Below, piece by piece: positions 1 to 13,191 of a stretch of 64,000 bases of DNA (position 1 is its first letter; each line of letters opens with the position of its first letter). This DNA comes from Phoronis australis (lineage: Eukaryota > Animalia > Phoronida): positions 32,226-96,225 of the forward strand of contig NMRA01000907.1 in NCBI GenBank assembly GCA_002633005.1, in the 5' to 3' direction. The notes under the pieces were generated by a model. That model saw only the letters and a list, made by a program, of their open reading frames with translations. It did no database searches and was not told the DNA's origin. A program made the translations under genes and the position numbers.

Positions 1-2949
1 GATACTTTCCAAGACTAATCGGTTAATTGTTGTGTTTTACCGTCAACGATCGCTGACGGATAGAAGTTATTTAGCCTGTTATGATTTAAAAGGCATGGCA
101 GGTTTAGCCGGGTTCATCACAATAGTCACACGCACTAGGATTCCTGAATACTGTAGGTCCTAACCACCTGTCTGTAGACACCGATTGTGTGATACGCCTC
201 CTATAGAATATCGTTGGCAACAAGTTGATCTTTCAGAGTTCGCTTTTATGAACATCCGACAAACTTCTGCTGAAGGTAGTACCTTGACAAGCTTAAATTT
301 AATAATTAACGACCCAAGATTTTTCAATCTAAATGCACTCTGTTTGTGATAACGAAATTACGTTTTAACTACTATTTCTGCAAAGGTGACTTTTTTCTGT
401 CAGCGGTCAAAATTTGGAGAAGTGATCTTTCATTAATGGACCCAAGTTTTCTTGTGGTATATCCTATATAGCACTGGTTATGAACGGATATAAGCTAAAA
501 ATTCTCCCTGGGGACATCAATGAGCTAACAGCTCCTGCCGTTACCGGTGCACATCACACCGTGGAATTAAAGTGCGATTGGGTTAGAGTGTACTCCGCTT
601 CTGCATCCTCTCACAACTTGTTGAGAGGGTCAGCTTACTGTATGTTGACGTATGTCACATTTTTTTGACAAACCACGAGACACAATGCATTGGGGTCGTC
701 TAGTTCTTGCTTGCAACCGGCTAGTTCTTGGCCAACATTTGCCAATTTTTCCGCTCCAACCGACATTTCTTGACTACTTTAGACTTTTGCGAACACCGCT
801 AGATGAAAGGCAGAGCGCCACTGAAATTTGTGCCGAGATAAAAACCAAAATACTTGCTGGGGTGGAAAGTTTAGTTTGTCGTGAGTGCCTAAACACTGCT
901 GAATTACACTTTGGTGAATAAGGTAACGCGCAAGAACATCGGTTATCCTATGAGTTATCACCCGTTTTCGATCCCTTTTCACCCTACCTTGAACTACTAT
1001 TTCCGTAGAAATTCTGTCTTTGTACAAGTCTACCAGTCACAGTGTACATGTATACGTACAAGAATGCATCAGCTCCAGCCTAATCAAACCTACAGCACTA
1101 GCGTTGGGTAGTGAAAAACTGCTATTATTTGACTAGTCAAAAGCATACTTTCCTGGTTAAATTGCTGTTCTTTCTCTAGATAGGCCTATGTATTTTTCAT
1201 TAATTAAAAGAGTAGCGATAATTCGTTTTGTTTAACAGCCCACCTACGGCTAATTGTTATGTTGGCCTTAAAAAGTCATGACAGTTACAAGTGTATGCCA
1301 CAGGCTAACCTGTGGGCTGTGTCTCCATAAGGAGATGGCGAAGAAAACGTCTTTTTTGTAGGCCTATGTAGGGAGTTGATCGCTCGTGACGTGGCTTTAC
1401 CCACAAGTGGTGATGATTTCCCGTTAAATGTTATTTATTTCAAAGTAAAGGGAATAACTGGTGCATCATGCAATGCAATTATGCGCAGCCATGGGTTATG
1501 ATTAACATATATACCAAGACTATGAAGACAATTTAGTCAAAACAACAGGGCCGTTCCGGATGTGATAGTGCGTGACCTCTTTTTGGAAATTTCTTGTCTC
1601 TCGTTGATGTCGGGATGGCGATGAATTTCACATCATGCATCCACGGGTATTTGTCTAGTTTATCAAACTTTCTCACGTCGGAGTTGCAGCCCGGCACAGC
1701 GTTAATACTTTAAAAGTATTGGAAGGATAAATAGAGTGTTTCAACGAAGACAATCTTGTAAAGGACCTGACAACAACAAGTCACATGGGGAACTCTATGA
1801 CACGAAAACAAGGATTCGAAGCAAATGTGGCTGGCGGATGTTTACGACATTGTGTGTCGATGTGTAATCCGGGACCATCCTATTAAAACACGTGAAATTA
1901 TTTCGAGCTTCATATGGCGGCCGCAATTTTGAGGGCGTTACATGTATATGTCCCAGTCCCAACTCGTGTGACGTAAATTAAGCTTATCACTGATTATCGC
2001 ATGCGATGGAAAAGTACAGGGCGTCCAAAAAGTGCAGTTGAAATTCTTCGCGAAATCTGTCATTAATTGAGATAAATATGCTTCAGTGAGGTTAAAGTTT
2101 CCATGTTTCGTCAGTAGTTATACATGGAATTGAAATATTAACTATAGAGTGCACATTCGGTGTACACCTGGTCGTTAAAACCATAGGAAATGGATGAATA
2201 CCAGGAAAATTATCAGTTGCGAGTTGCTTAGTGCAATTTGTACAATGCACCTTTCCAATTTTAAATCCCAAAAAGTAATTTAAAAATATCCATTTTCTTG
2301 AAGTTATCTCTACCATTCTAATTAAAATCTGTTGAAAACAATGGTTCACGAGTATTGTTGAATTCCTGGACTTTTTCTGTTAAATTGACACTTGATCTAC
2401 TTGTTATTGCATTTTCCGTGTATTGTTGAGTGAGACATGACTATCGTACATGCCCAACACACTACGCCTCACAAAGTTGGTATTTGTCTTATAGGGACCG
2501 CCAAGCCAAATAAAAGAGAGCACTTCAATTGTCACTCTCAAAAATAATTTTAAACTGCATACCACTACTCTAGACTTGCCAGTTCCATTGACATCGTTCT
2601 AACTTCCTCGCAATCAAGAAGTCAGCCCACTACAGGTCAAGATGCGGACTTACGGTAAAATGGCGCCTGCAGTGCACAACACGTGCGTTTTGTTGCTCTG
2701 TAAAATTTCAAAATTATCTTCCCCTTGTTGCTTGAAATGGGACGTCCAAAAAGAACCACATCATCTCCTGTACCAAGAGACGGCGAGGAAGTTCCAGAGA
2801 ATGGACCCGGGTGGTTGTCATCATTAGAAAGTGATTTAAAAAGGTCTGATAAAGAGAATCTTTAAACTTTGTCGTTAACACTGTGGAAGAAGCCTTAGCA
2901 AATTCCAAACAGTGTGTAGAGAAAACTTCTGTGTTGGAGAAAAAAACGA

Positions 2950-3400
2950 GTATTGAAATTCAAAATTTCATCTCTTGAAATGCATTCTAGAAGGAACACT
3001 CTCGTGTATGTTGGGATCCCGCAATCGCAGGGCATGTCGTGTAAGAATAGTTTGTCTGTATTGCTAATCAATATACATGTATGGGCCTCGACAACAACAC
3101 CTTTGAAAGATTGCACCCAATTGGCGATAAAGATACAATCATTGCTGAGCTTTCGTTCCATAAACAACGACAAGTGTGGAAGGAAAAGAGAAAGTTTCAA
3201 GGTTAGAAAAATTTTTGTGAGTGAGGACTTCCCACATGAAACCATTGTCAATCGAAAGCGCCTGATACCTTTTCTCAAGTCAGCGAGACGATGCCCGCAT
3301 GTAAACAAAGTATAGCTGAATAGAGATAGGTTGGTGATTGACGGCAAAACCTTAACAGTTGACAATATGGATGCAATTCCCACCTTCAGTGAACAGTGGC
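2950..3400 (+). mobile_element. Degenerate LINE ORF1 fragment (L1/Tx1/CR1-type transposase-22-like)
   Basis: ISSLEMHSRRNTLVYVGIP and KIFVSEDFPHETIVNRKRLIPFLKSAR...(stop)LNRDRLVIDGK match invertebrate LINE ORF1 motifs; stops and an internal deletion are present. Confidence 0.7.
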
Positions 3401-3466
3401 GATGAAGAACTAGAGAAAGATGGCGTGGAGAGCCCTGAAACAACTGTTATTCATAGATTAGTGTTC

Positions 3467-3620
3467 GCGGCTATGGTCTTGTCATTAAAAGTTTCAGTAT
3501 TTGGTCCTGTTTTTCTGTGCCCAGTCTTTTCAGTTTTTTTTTTATTCAATATAATAGGTACGGTACGGATCATACAATTACAGACGCAATAACGTTTTTG
3601 TACTATTCAAGGAACAGTTA
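3467..3620. repeat. About 140-bp dispersed repeat, copy 1
   Basis: gcggctatggtcttgt...ttcaaggaacag is repeated at 4327-4460 with small indels. Confidence 0.85.
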
Positions 3621-3639
3621 AGGTGTTAACTTACAGTTC

Positions 3640-6600
3640 TGATATGTACATGTACAAAGGTAATTTGACATGGAAGAAAAAAACACAGTATAGGCTATGA
3701 ATCATTCAGAATAAGCAAACAAGGTCAAGATCTTGCCAGCGCTCTATAAATTCACCATACTACATTTTGTTTATATATACACCGTTCAGTGGAAAAGTGC
3801 AATGCAACTTCGTTTTTAAAGATTGCAACGCAGCGATATTTACCCTTTAATCTTTCAATTGTTTATAAATGTGGAACTTGCCGAGACAAACAACCATACT
3901 TTGTAAAACTGCTTCCGCCTGAACACAGAACAGAACTGATTGTATAGACAGTTCTAAACTATGTACAACTGCATCTTCGAGAAATTATTTACATTAGTCC
4001 AAAACTTCTGAGTAACGTTACAACATTTTGTTCAGCTGTTGTAGGAAAGCCTGTGAAGGGAGCGGGAGACTTGTAAAAAGATGAATGAGTTTTGGCATAA
4101 TTATCGAATTCACAACTGCTATCCTTCCAAAAAGTATCAAGTTTCTTTTTCCCCACATGTCTATAGCCTTCTCTATTTCACCAAGCTTATTGATAAAATT
4201 AATGTTGGGAATTTTATTTAAATAATTGGAGAATTGATTACCCAGTAAAGTGAATTCCAGTTTTACGTCACAGCACATTTTTGATAGCTACCCTTCATAG
4301 AACATATCCAAATACAAATTGTTTTTGCGGCTATGGTCTTGTAATTAAAGTTTTACTATTTGGTGCAGTCTTTCCAGTTTTTTTATTCAATATAATAGGC
4401 ACGGTACAGATCATACAATTACAGATGCAATAACTTTTTGTTCTATTCAAGGAACAGCTATAGCCAGGCAGAATTGTGACGGCATCCGTGAGTGAAAGCA
4501 GTTTTTCAGAAATTAAAAAGAAGTCCAATCGGGCCCTTTGTACTGGATTCCTTCGTGGCCAGGTATTTTTTTTGTCTAGATCGTACACTATCCATGGGTC
4601 TACAAGGTTACGTGTAGTGTTTAGGTTGAGGACTTCCTTAGAGGCATTTACATTATTTCGTCTTTTGTACCCTTGACAATCGTTGTCATAACTTTGTACA
4701 AGATTCCAGTCATATAATTATGAATTCAGAGTTAAAATCCGACATAACTGTCTGAACACTTTTGTAGAAATCTGGGTGGTCTCTGTTTTGACCGTACAAA
4801 TTTATCAGAGATACCAGATAATTGATTTCGATCAAGACTTCCGTGGCAACCAGATTACCATCCGAATCTGTTTTTGGACTTCACTTCAAATTCAAAGTTA
4901 TTATTAAAAAGAATGCACACACCACGCGATTCTTGTCTTCCTGGGCTCATCAATATATCATATAGCCAGTTGGAATGAACTAAATTCGTTTCTTATTTGG
5001 TGACGTGAGTGTCCTGGAGGCAGAAAGTGGAACACATCTCTACGCTTTGTTAAGTCTGCTAGACCTCTACAATTCATTGAGGCAAAGCTAACCATAATCC
5101 AGTTGATACAGAGATGTGCTAATTTCCTTGACCAAAACCTGAGTAAATGAAATCACTGTACCGACACCAACAACTATGAGAGAAAATAATGAAAGAAAAA
5201 TGATCATGCACAAGTCGAATGCAGTGGCAATATTTGTTGCCAATATATGTGCACATGTAATAAAATGGCATAAAACTAAATAAACACTCCAATGGGATAC
5301 TATCACATCTCAATGACTCAGTCTCAGCCCGCAGCACGATCCACAACACAAGCACACCAGGGGTTATCTACACCTAATGCCACCAAAGGGCAGTCACGAC
5401 TGTAGTATACAAGTACCCAACGGGATACGTGCTACAAGATGAGTCCAAGCCATGGTCAAGTGAAGATTTAGTCGATCAGATTATACACAGAGTGAGAAAA
5501 CATGCTAAGAAGCTAAACAAAGTAGGCGAATAATCACATGTTGATTATTCCTACGCTCCTGTTGCGCTCATGAACTATTAAACTCAAAACGTACGTCTCG
5601 CACTCTCAGCAAGTGGTCTCATCCGTCGCAATGGAAGAACGAGAAGAGATTCCAGAAATAATGAGCCACGAGTAAACGTTCGTACCAAACGTCACTAGGT
5701 GATCTCAAAGAGGGTCAGCGAAACACATGCCTCAACCGCACATACATGTACAAACATGATTGTACATAAATACAGGTGTACCGGAAGTAAACAAAGGGGG
5801 TTACACCCAATGGCTTACACAACACTCTGAGAGAGGCAGAGAGAAATATATATATTGAACTAATGTTACCGGTGTACTACTCACAATATGCGTCACAGTG
5901 GAGTAGCACGAGTCTACTTACACCTTTCGCTTGCTATTTAAATTCCTGACAAATCCTGTAGACTACGTATTCACTTGCCTTACATCGCCAGCCCATTCTT
6001 TGTATTATACGAGACCATCGAATGTCCAGCAACAATGCACCTTTTCACCTAGGTCTCTGCAGGCTTTGAAAAGCTGTGCCCTCAGTATGGTCAACCTCTC
6101 GTTTTCAAAAACTCTGCTTGCAACGTCTTTTAGATTTTTCTTCTTTTTCATAAAGTCAGACCGAGCATTGTAGGACCCAAATTTCACAATTATAGGGCGC
6201 TTATTGGTAGAGGCTAAATCTTTTCTACCCAGTCGATGCCTGTGTCTAATGTCAGACTTTTGGGTTGAGGCTCCCATTTTTTGCGCGAGCGAGATCACAA
6301 TATCGTCGGTGTTTTATCCGTTTGTTTCTGTTACTCCATTGATAATCAAGCAGTTTCGCCGGCTATATTGTTGAAGTTCTTCCATTCCACTCCCCCTGTG
6401 TTGGTGCTAGTCACTCCACCACTTCTTTCAATTCCGAAAGTTGATTTTCCAGGGAGTATATTTTTTGTCCTTTTCTTCCAGCTTTTTGCCGCATTCCAAC
6501 TCTAAGGCCTTGTAAATCTCATCCCTCATATCCTCTATTAAATATTTTAGTAGGCCTTTGAACATAGATTGGATTTCACCGTCCATCAAGGCTTCCTTGA

Positions 6601-6800
6601 GGTCATTTTTCAGTGAAAGCTTTGACGTTTTGTCGGTGACCTGTTTTTCCTTGGCCAAAATGGCTTCCATGGTAGGCTGCTTCAATGATTTTAAACAAGA
6701 TGATTTTCGTAGTTCCTCAGTGTCCTAACTAGGCACACGTTTCCTACCCTGTTTTGTCTTCTCCTTGGTTTTACAACTCATGTGTAGCTGATTTGAAGAT
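3640..6800 (-). mobile_element. Decayed, internally deleted L1/Tx1-clade LINE (ORF1, APE endonuclease, post-RT region)
   Basis: ORF1 motifs HRLG...RPIIVKF...CWTFDG (6005-6298); endonuclease motifs SMNCRGL, CLQDTH, RLDFFLIS (4460-5090); post-RT WGKRNLILFGRIAVVNSIIMPKLIHLFTSLP (4018-4278); many stops. Confidence 0.8.
4327..4460. repeat. About 135-bp dispersed repeat, copy 2, inside the Tx1 ORF2
   Basis: Direct repeat of 3467-3620. Confidence 0.85.
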
Positions 6801-7506
6801 GTTTATCTCGTCAGTTTAGATATTTCTGCAAAAATTTTGGGGAGACTTGGGGAGTGTCAGAAATTCGACCTTCCAGCCATCATGACGTCTTCAGCCCCGT
6901 CTCTCCAGTTACTAGTTATAAGTCCCTATTTGAAGACATATAATAACATGTCCTTCATTGGATGCCTAATTTCTTTTATTTTCGTTTTGTTTATGTTTCG
7001 TTTTTACCAGTTCTTCATGTTGTTTTTAATATTTTGCTTCTATCCTTTGTCGTGTAAGTACCATTGCTCGTATATGATAATGCTGTTGGATTGACGATAT
7101 TTCATTGTGTGGATCACAGTTCGATTTACAAGTTGTCCGTGATGAATACAGTACAATTGGTATCATACATACGGGTAACTGAATGATATTTCATATCCGT
7201 GGAACAGTTATTGTCGATATGTTTCACTGATTGTTTCATCAAAATAAGTTATTATGTTGGTTTAGGGTTCCTGTGGCTTCGGTTGTTTTTAGAATGTTTA
7301 GAACACACACAAAACAATGTGATTCATTTGTATTTAATGAGCAAGGTTGTATGGTTGAGTTTAGAAATACCTTAATTATCTTCATATGACAGACAATTTA
7401 AAAATGTCATCTTTTAACTGTAGAGGTCTAGGAACACGGTCAAAAAGACGAGATGTTTTCAAATACATAGGGCAGCGTGCGTACAGTATTTTCTGCCTAC
7501 AAGATA
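6691..7506. repeat. About 820-bp near-identical direct duplication, copy 1
   Basis: Nearly identical to 7950-8794; ends exactly at an N (7507). Confidence 0.95.
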
Positions 7507-7507
7507 N

Positions 7508-7947
7508 AACATTTTGGCTAAGTTTCATTCTCATAACAGTGGGGGCAGATTTGGTACAGCAGTGTACTGAACACAACCTCAAAATGGCATAACGGGGGGC
7601 AGTGTAGTAAAACTACTAAATGAGGGTGGTAAATCGGAATCGTGTTTCAAAAGACATCTGCGTAACAATCTATAGGCTCCACTAAACAATGACAAGTGAA
7701 TACTAAATCAATAGCTTTCATTCAAGGAAAAATATGAACAGTTAAAACTGGACATTTTTTATACCGTGAAAACATGGCTGCGAAGCCGTAAAATGTGTTT
7801 GAACCTATAACTTTAGAAAAACGCAATATTTTGAGGAAATATTTTACCGCTGTTTATAGATCGCATAGGACTACATATGTGCCAAATTTGGTGAAAATCG
7901 GCTGACCCCCACCTTGCCGCTCATGGTTGGTGCTCTCGTGGACTAGT
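7508..7947 (+). mobile_element. Non-autonomous Helitron/Helentron-like fragment
   Basis: gccaaatttggtgaaaatcgg and ctaagtttcat motifs, 3' end ...gtggaCTAGt. Confidence 0.4.
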
Positions 7948-7949
7948 AC

Positions 7950-8794
7950 TTAAACAAGATGATTTTCGTAGTTCCTCAGTGTCCTTACTAGGCACACGTT
8001 TCCTACCCTGTTTTGTATTCTCCTTGGTTTTACAACTCATGTGTAGCTGATTTAAAGATGTTTATCCCGTCAGTTTAGATATTTCTGCATAAATTTTGGG
8101 GAGACTTGGGGAGTGTCAGAAATTCGACCTTCCAGCCATCATGACGTCATCAGCCCCGTCTCTCCAGTTATTAGTTATAAGTCCCTATTTTCTTCCTGTA
8201 ATTTTTATAATTTTGGAAGGTGAAGACATATGATAACATGTCCTTCATTGGATGCCTAATTTCTTTTATCTTCGTTTTGTTTGTGTTTCGTTTTTTCCAG
8301 TTCTTCATGTTTTTTAATATTTTGCTTCTAGCCTTTGTCGTGTAAGTACCATTGCTCGTATATGATAATGCTGTTGGATTGACGATATTTCATTGTGTGG
8401 ATCACAGTTCGATTTACGAGTTGTCCGTGATGAATACAGTACAATTGGTATCATACATACGGGTAACTGAATGGTATTTCATACCCGTGGAACAGTTATT
8501 GTCGATATGTTTCACTGATTGTTTCATCAAAATAATTCATTATGTTGGTTTAGGGTTCCTGTGGCTTCGGTTGTTTTTAGAATGTTTAGAACACACACAA
8601 AACAATGTGATTCATTTGTATTTAATGAGCAAGGTTGTATGGTTGATTTTAGAAATACCTTAATTATCTTCATATGACAGGCAATTTAAAAATGTCATCT
8701 TTTAACTGTAGAGGTCTAGGAACTCGGTCAAAAAGACGAGATGTTTTCAAATACATAGGGCAGCGTGCGTACAGTATTTTCTGCCTACAAGATA
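7950..8794. repeat. About 845-bp direct duplication, copy 2
   Basis: Matches 6691-7506 apart from an extra ~30-nt segment near 8190-8220 and scattered substitutions. Confidence 0.95.
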
Positions 8795-9380
8795 ATCACT
8801 TTACTGCTGCAGAGGAATTCATAATTCGAGCTCAGCCATGGTGAAGCCAGGAGTTTTGCCATCTTGCTTTATAGTAATTTTGAAATTTAAGTTTCATCTT
8901 TTCCTTCATTTACTGAAGGAAATCTCCTTGTAATTTTTGAGAAGAAGGTGACTCTTGATCTGAGGGACCAATGGCGTGTTTATCATCCCTCAGGGAAAAA
9001 GTTGACATGGGCCAGGCCAAATTCGGTTAAAAAAGCTACGTTAGATTATTTTCTTTTTACCCAACAATTACTCTCGCGAATCGAAAGTGTGGAAATTCAG
9101 TCGGGCTACCGATCGGACCAATATAACGTCGTTTTAACTGTACAATTATCTACGATCAAAAAGGACCGAGGTTTTGGAAATTTAATAACTCACTTCTGAA
9201 AGACAGATTATATTAATCTCTTCAAGAATGAGATTCTGTGTACGAAAAAACAACATGCTCTTCCAGTACTCGATTTCAACAAAATACAAGAAATTGACTC
9301 TGATAATCTTCAGTTTTATATATCTGATCAATTGGTTTTGGAGACGTTATTGTTAAATATTCGAACGGTAACTATTCCAG
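8674..9380 (+). mobile_element. L1/Tx1 ORF2 APE endonuclease fragment (pseudogenised)
   Basis: SSFNCRGLG...IFCLQD, DLRDQWRVYHPSGKKLTW, TLDYFL, SGYRSD; frameshifts present. The start is also present at 7386-7506. Confidence 0.8.
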
Positions 9381-10669
9381 AGACAACAATTTGGGCAAGC
9401 ATAAGTTGTAAATTTTCAATGCCGACTTAAAAGTCCAAATAACCGAAGGCTACGCGGAAAAGCCACCCATCTCAAACATCAGGTTTCAATTTGTGACCCA
9501 ACCTGCGCGCTGCTGACTCGCAAAAAGCGGGTTTGCCGTCTATTGATGCATACAGTGTACATGTAAGAATTAATTTGGTATGGGCCCTGAATGCCGAATC
9601 TGCATCTTTGTCAAAGTAAATTTAAAACACACGTAAGAAAAAAAGTAACGTTTGCCTATGCTCGTTAGATCACGTCTAATCAAGTTTTGAGACAGTCCCC
9701 AAATTGACCGTTTATAAACGCGTGGCTTTCGCGCGAGATTTTTCCTGAGGAGGAACTGCCGTGTCTTCGACGATTTCAGTTTCTTTCTCATTGCTGGTTA
9801 TGCTGCCTGGCTGATAGAGCCATTCAAGTTGATTCTCCATCGACAAAACTATGCACATTGCCGCAACTCTTACTAAGTGGATAGACGGTAAGTAGTGATG
9901 GTGAGGCTTACGACTGATTTGCTCTTCCAACGCAATATCACCTCGTTCTCTCTATTTGTTTGACAATTAAAGATGTTGAATGCCCATGTTAATGACGCAG
10001 TTTCTGTGACTGAAACAAACACGCGGTGACGAGTAACTTTAGTGCGCTTCGCTGGTAGACCTAGGAAGTATTAACGAAAACGTTGTAATACTCATTGCGG
10101 AAAGATAATGTACAATATCGGAAGTTATGGTCTACAGATTCGTTTTGTGTTTTGTATGGTCCCTTCTCCTTTCAATCATCGATATTTCCACATTCTTTCC
10201 TGTATTTTTTCTCATACAGAATTGAATGGTAATCAATACAATTTTGGAACATAGAAAATGAATTGCTATTTTTTTTCAAAACGTGTTCTAAATCTTTAAT
10301 TTTTTTGCGATTATAAATTGTCAAATTATATTCGAATTGGTCCTGGTATACAAATTTAATACAGTTATAAAGAACGTTTGCATTCGTTTGCATTTTCCGC
10401 GACTTCTTTCCTCGTCATTTTGAAAGCAGAAGTGGCGACATTTCTCCTAAGTTTAACAGGCGATAAATAATTAAACATAAAAAATGAAAAGTCCTGCCAC
10501 GCCTAGTGTTGTTCTTGGCTTTGCTGACTAATAAACATAAGAACTTGCAGTTGAACCGGATCAGGTACAGTCTATGTCGAAAACGCAAACAGATATAAAC
10601 GCAATTGAAGTATATTTAATAAGGTCAGGTGGCAGCGTCGTTTGGCCACATTATACGAACTTTTTGCAC

Positions 10670-10800
10670 TAAGCTTACCGTTAAAACTACCCTCAAACTC
10701 TTGCCTCTTGGCTTGCCATTAAGGTCACCATTGAACTTACCATTACGGTTACCTTTGAGCTAACCATTAAACGTGCCATTAAGCGAGCCATTAGGTTACT
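10670..10800. repeat. Degenerate ~13-bp tandem repeat (aacttaccattaa-like)
   Basis: Repeated ...ttaccatt/gccatt... units; the same motif recurs at 12075-12150. Confidence 0.5.
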
Positions 10801-10959
10801 TTTCTGATAAACAAATTGTCAGTAAATGTCACCAAAACTATAAATACATGATATGTCGCTTCTCTCAGAAAAAATAACATAATTTAATACCTAAGCGTAC
10901 TATAGAAAGTCAAAACGTTTAAGTTGAAACTGATGTTAAAACGTTTAAATTTTGGGGAA

Positions 10960-11660
10960 TATCGTTTGAAGAGTTATTATCGTCGTCGATAACTTAGTGG
11001 GAACACAAGTTGCGCAAACCTGTGGCTTACTTAAAAACTCAAGAAATATCTGCCTCTAGTCACACTTAGAACGATTTACTACTCCTTTACTACTCCACTC
11101 ACTTAACGTTTGACATCACAAAGGAATTCTGAGGTTCCCTGTTCTCCTATCCGACGAATAACAGTTCATCGACCGTAGAGCCACCCACTCTTCCGATCCC
11201 ACTCGTAAATGAGGTCAACAGAACAATTGTGATACAGAGGTAATAAATCTAAGAAAACTGTTAATAATTTAAAGTTTGGGAAGTCAACGCGAACCTTTAA
11301 ACGAATGTATAAGGAAATATTGTCTGACTTAGAAACTCGCAGTAGAGACTTCGTGGGGACTTGGAATTTTCCCCAGGAAATTGTTCGCCAGATACCTTCT
11401 TGTGAACGTTATTGTTAATAATTGGAACTGCAGTTCTATGTTCAAGATTCCATCATACAAATCAATCACGGCAAGTCATAGCTCACGTTTTCAGGTTCCT
11501 AGAATTATCAACGAAAGTAAAACACCCTCTTTAATTCTAGATTAGATAAACAACCTCACTTGCTGGACTTCCAAGATATTACAAAAACAAACTCTTAGAT
11601 ATTCACTCATTATGTAATAACTTAAGCTGCTTGTCTTGCCACTATGTCCATCACGACTAT
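10960..11660 (+). mobile_element. Highly decayed L2/CR1-group LINE 3' fragment
   Basis: Broken-frame remnants resembling KLKKYLP..TLRTIYYS and a terminal S.RFQVPRIIN segment. Confidence 0.45.
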
Positions 11661-12654
11661 CCTTATAGAAATAGCAAACAGAAATGCTATTAATTTTTCA
11701 CACATATACGCACACACACCCACACACACATCCAAATGTAGTTAATACGTGTGCACGTCAATCAATCTGCTTATCATGTTATAGTCAGTGCGTACATGTA
11801 GCACCTTTTTGTTGATCTTAAGCAAGGTGCCACGTTTATCTATATGTTTGTTCGTTTATTGAAGTACGTAAACCTTTGATTTATTATGATAATTTTTTAA
11901 TCAAAAGTCATATGTATGAATTAATAGTAAATAATTACTGTCCCGTTTTTATATTCCTTACTTGTATTATGTGTAATTCTATGGTATTGTACTGTGGTCC
12001 TCTTTGAAACCGCTTTGGCTTCCAGAATATCCGGCTTATTACATCTTTATGCATGTACCTATATATTTTCATTTAACTTACCATTCAACAAGCCAGTAAC
12101 TTTACCATTAAAGTTGAATTTACCGATAAACTTACCATTAAACTTATCCTTTTCTGCTGTTCCTGAAGATTGAGTTGGCAGCAACAAATTGTTTTGTAAT
12201 TTTCATGTTGAAAATGTGGCCTACTAGTAGGGTTCACCGGTGGGCGGAGGTTATCAGTAGTCAATTCTCCGAATTAATAAACGACTCACTGGGACCTTCC
12301 AGGAATGGCGTCTGTATTTATTGTATTACGGCTTACAGCCAAATATCCTTAGATCGTTTACATCTTTGTTCCGATCAATATCCCGGGGACAGGTCTCAAA
12401 AATACGCAAAAGGATGAAGAAAGTAAAATGCACGCTCTCGCGTGGCAGCTAAGACAGGAACAGGGTCAGCTCTGTCGGCCGATAAAACATATGTGTAGTA
12501 ATAAGTATGGGTAGTACTTTAGCCAAAGAAAGCTGAAGATTCGAGAGTATAGTACATGTATTTTTAAGACCACAAACACGCAACGCCATTTTTTCTTGGA
12601 GAACATCCATACTGTAATGATCGGCAAGGCTAGAAACTCCAGCAGAAAAATGGA

Positions 12655-13191
12655 TACTGTAGTGTCGCGTATTAACGCTGGTCCTTCAATAAGCGCCGGC
12701 TTTGAATATGAGCCTGGTAAAAGTCAATTAAAAACATCATTTTTAATAAGCGCAGGGTCAACCACCGGGAGCTTTAAATGAAGACCTATTGAAAAAGCAA
12801 TTCGGAAGGAAACTCGGTATAATTTTCTGCATTGTTTATGTCATACTGTAAGTCAACGTAGTGCCGGTAGTTATTGAATATGTGCGTTGCAATCAAATCA
12901 TGAGTGACGTAATGGTCGTTTTAAGAAAATATGTAACGCGCAGTCCCGCAAACGTGTGGATATCGTTGTCAAGTGAAACAAACATTGTTCAAAACCACGT
13001 TTATAAGTGAAAAGATATTAAACTTACATGTACACGATGCAGTTGGCAACAACAGTCAACAGTAAGTGAGCGCCTTGTCTGCAAAATTGGCTTTGTTGAA
13101 TAAGCACTGTGGTTTGAAACAAGCGCCAGATTGGAATAAGCACCAGGTCGAAAATTGTAGACAAAGCACCTAGGCGTTAATTCGCGACACT
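12655..13191. mobile_element. MITE (pogo/Tigger-like non-autonomous element)
   Basis: TIRs agtgtcgcgtattaacgc (12661) and gcgttaattcgcgacact (ending 13191); subterminal ataagcgcc/ataagcac repeats. Confidence 0.7.
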
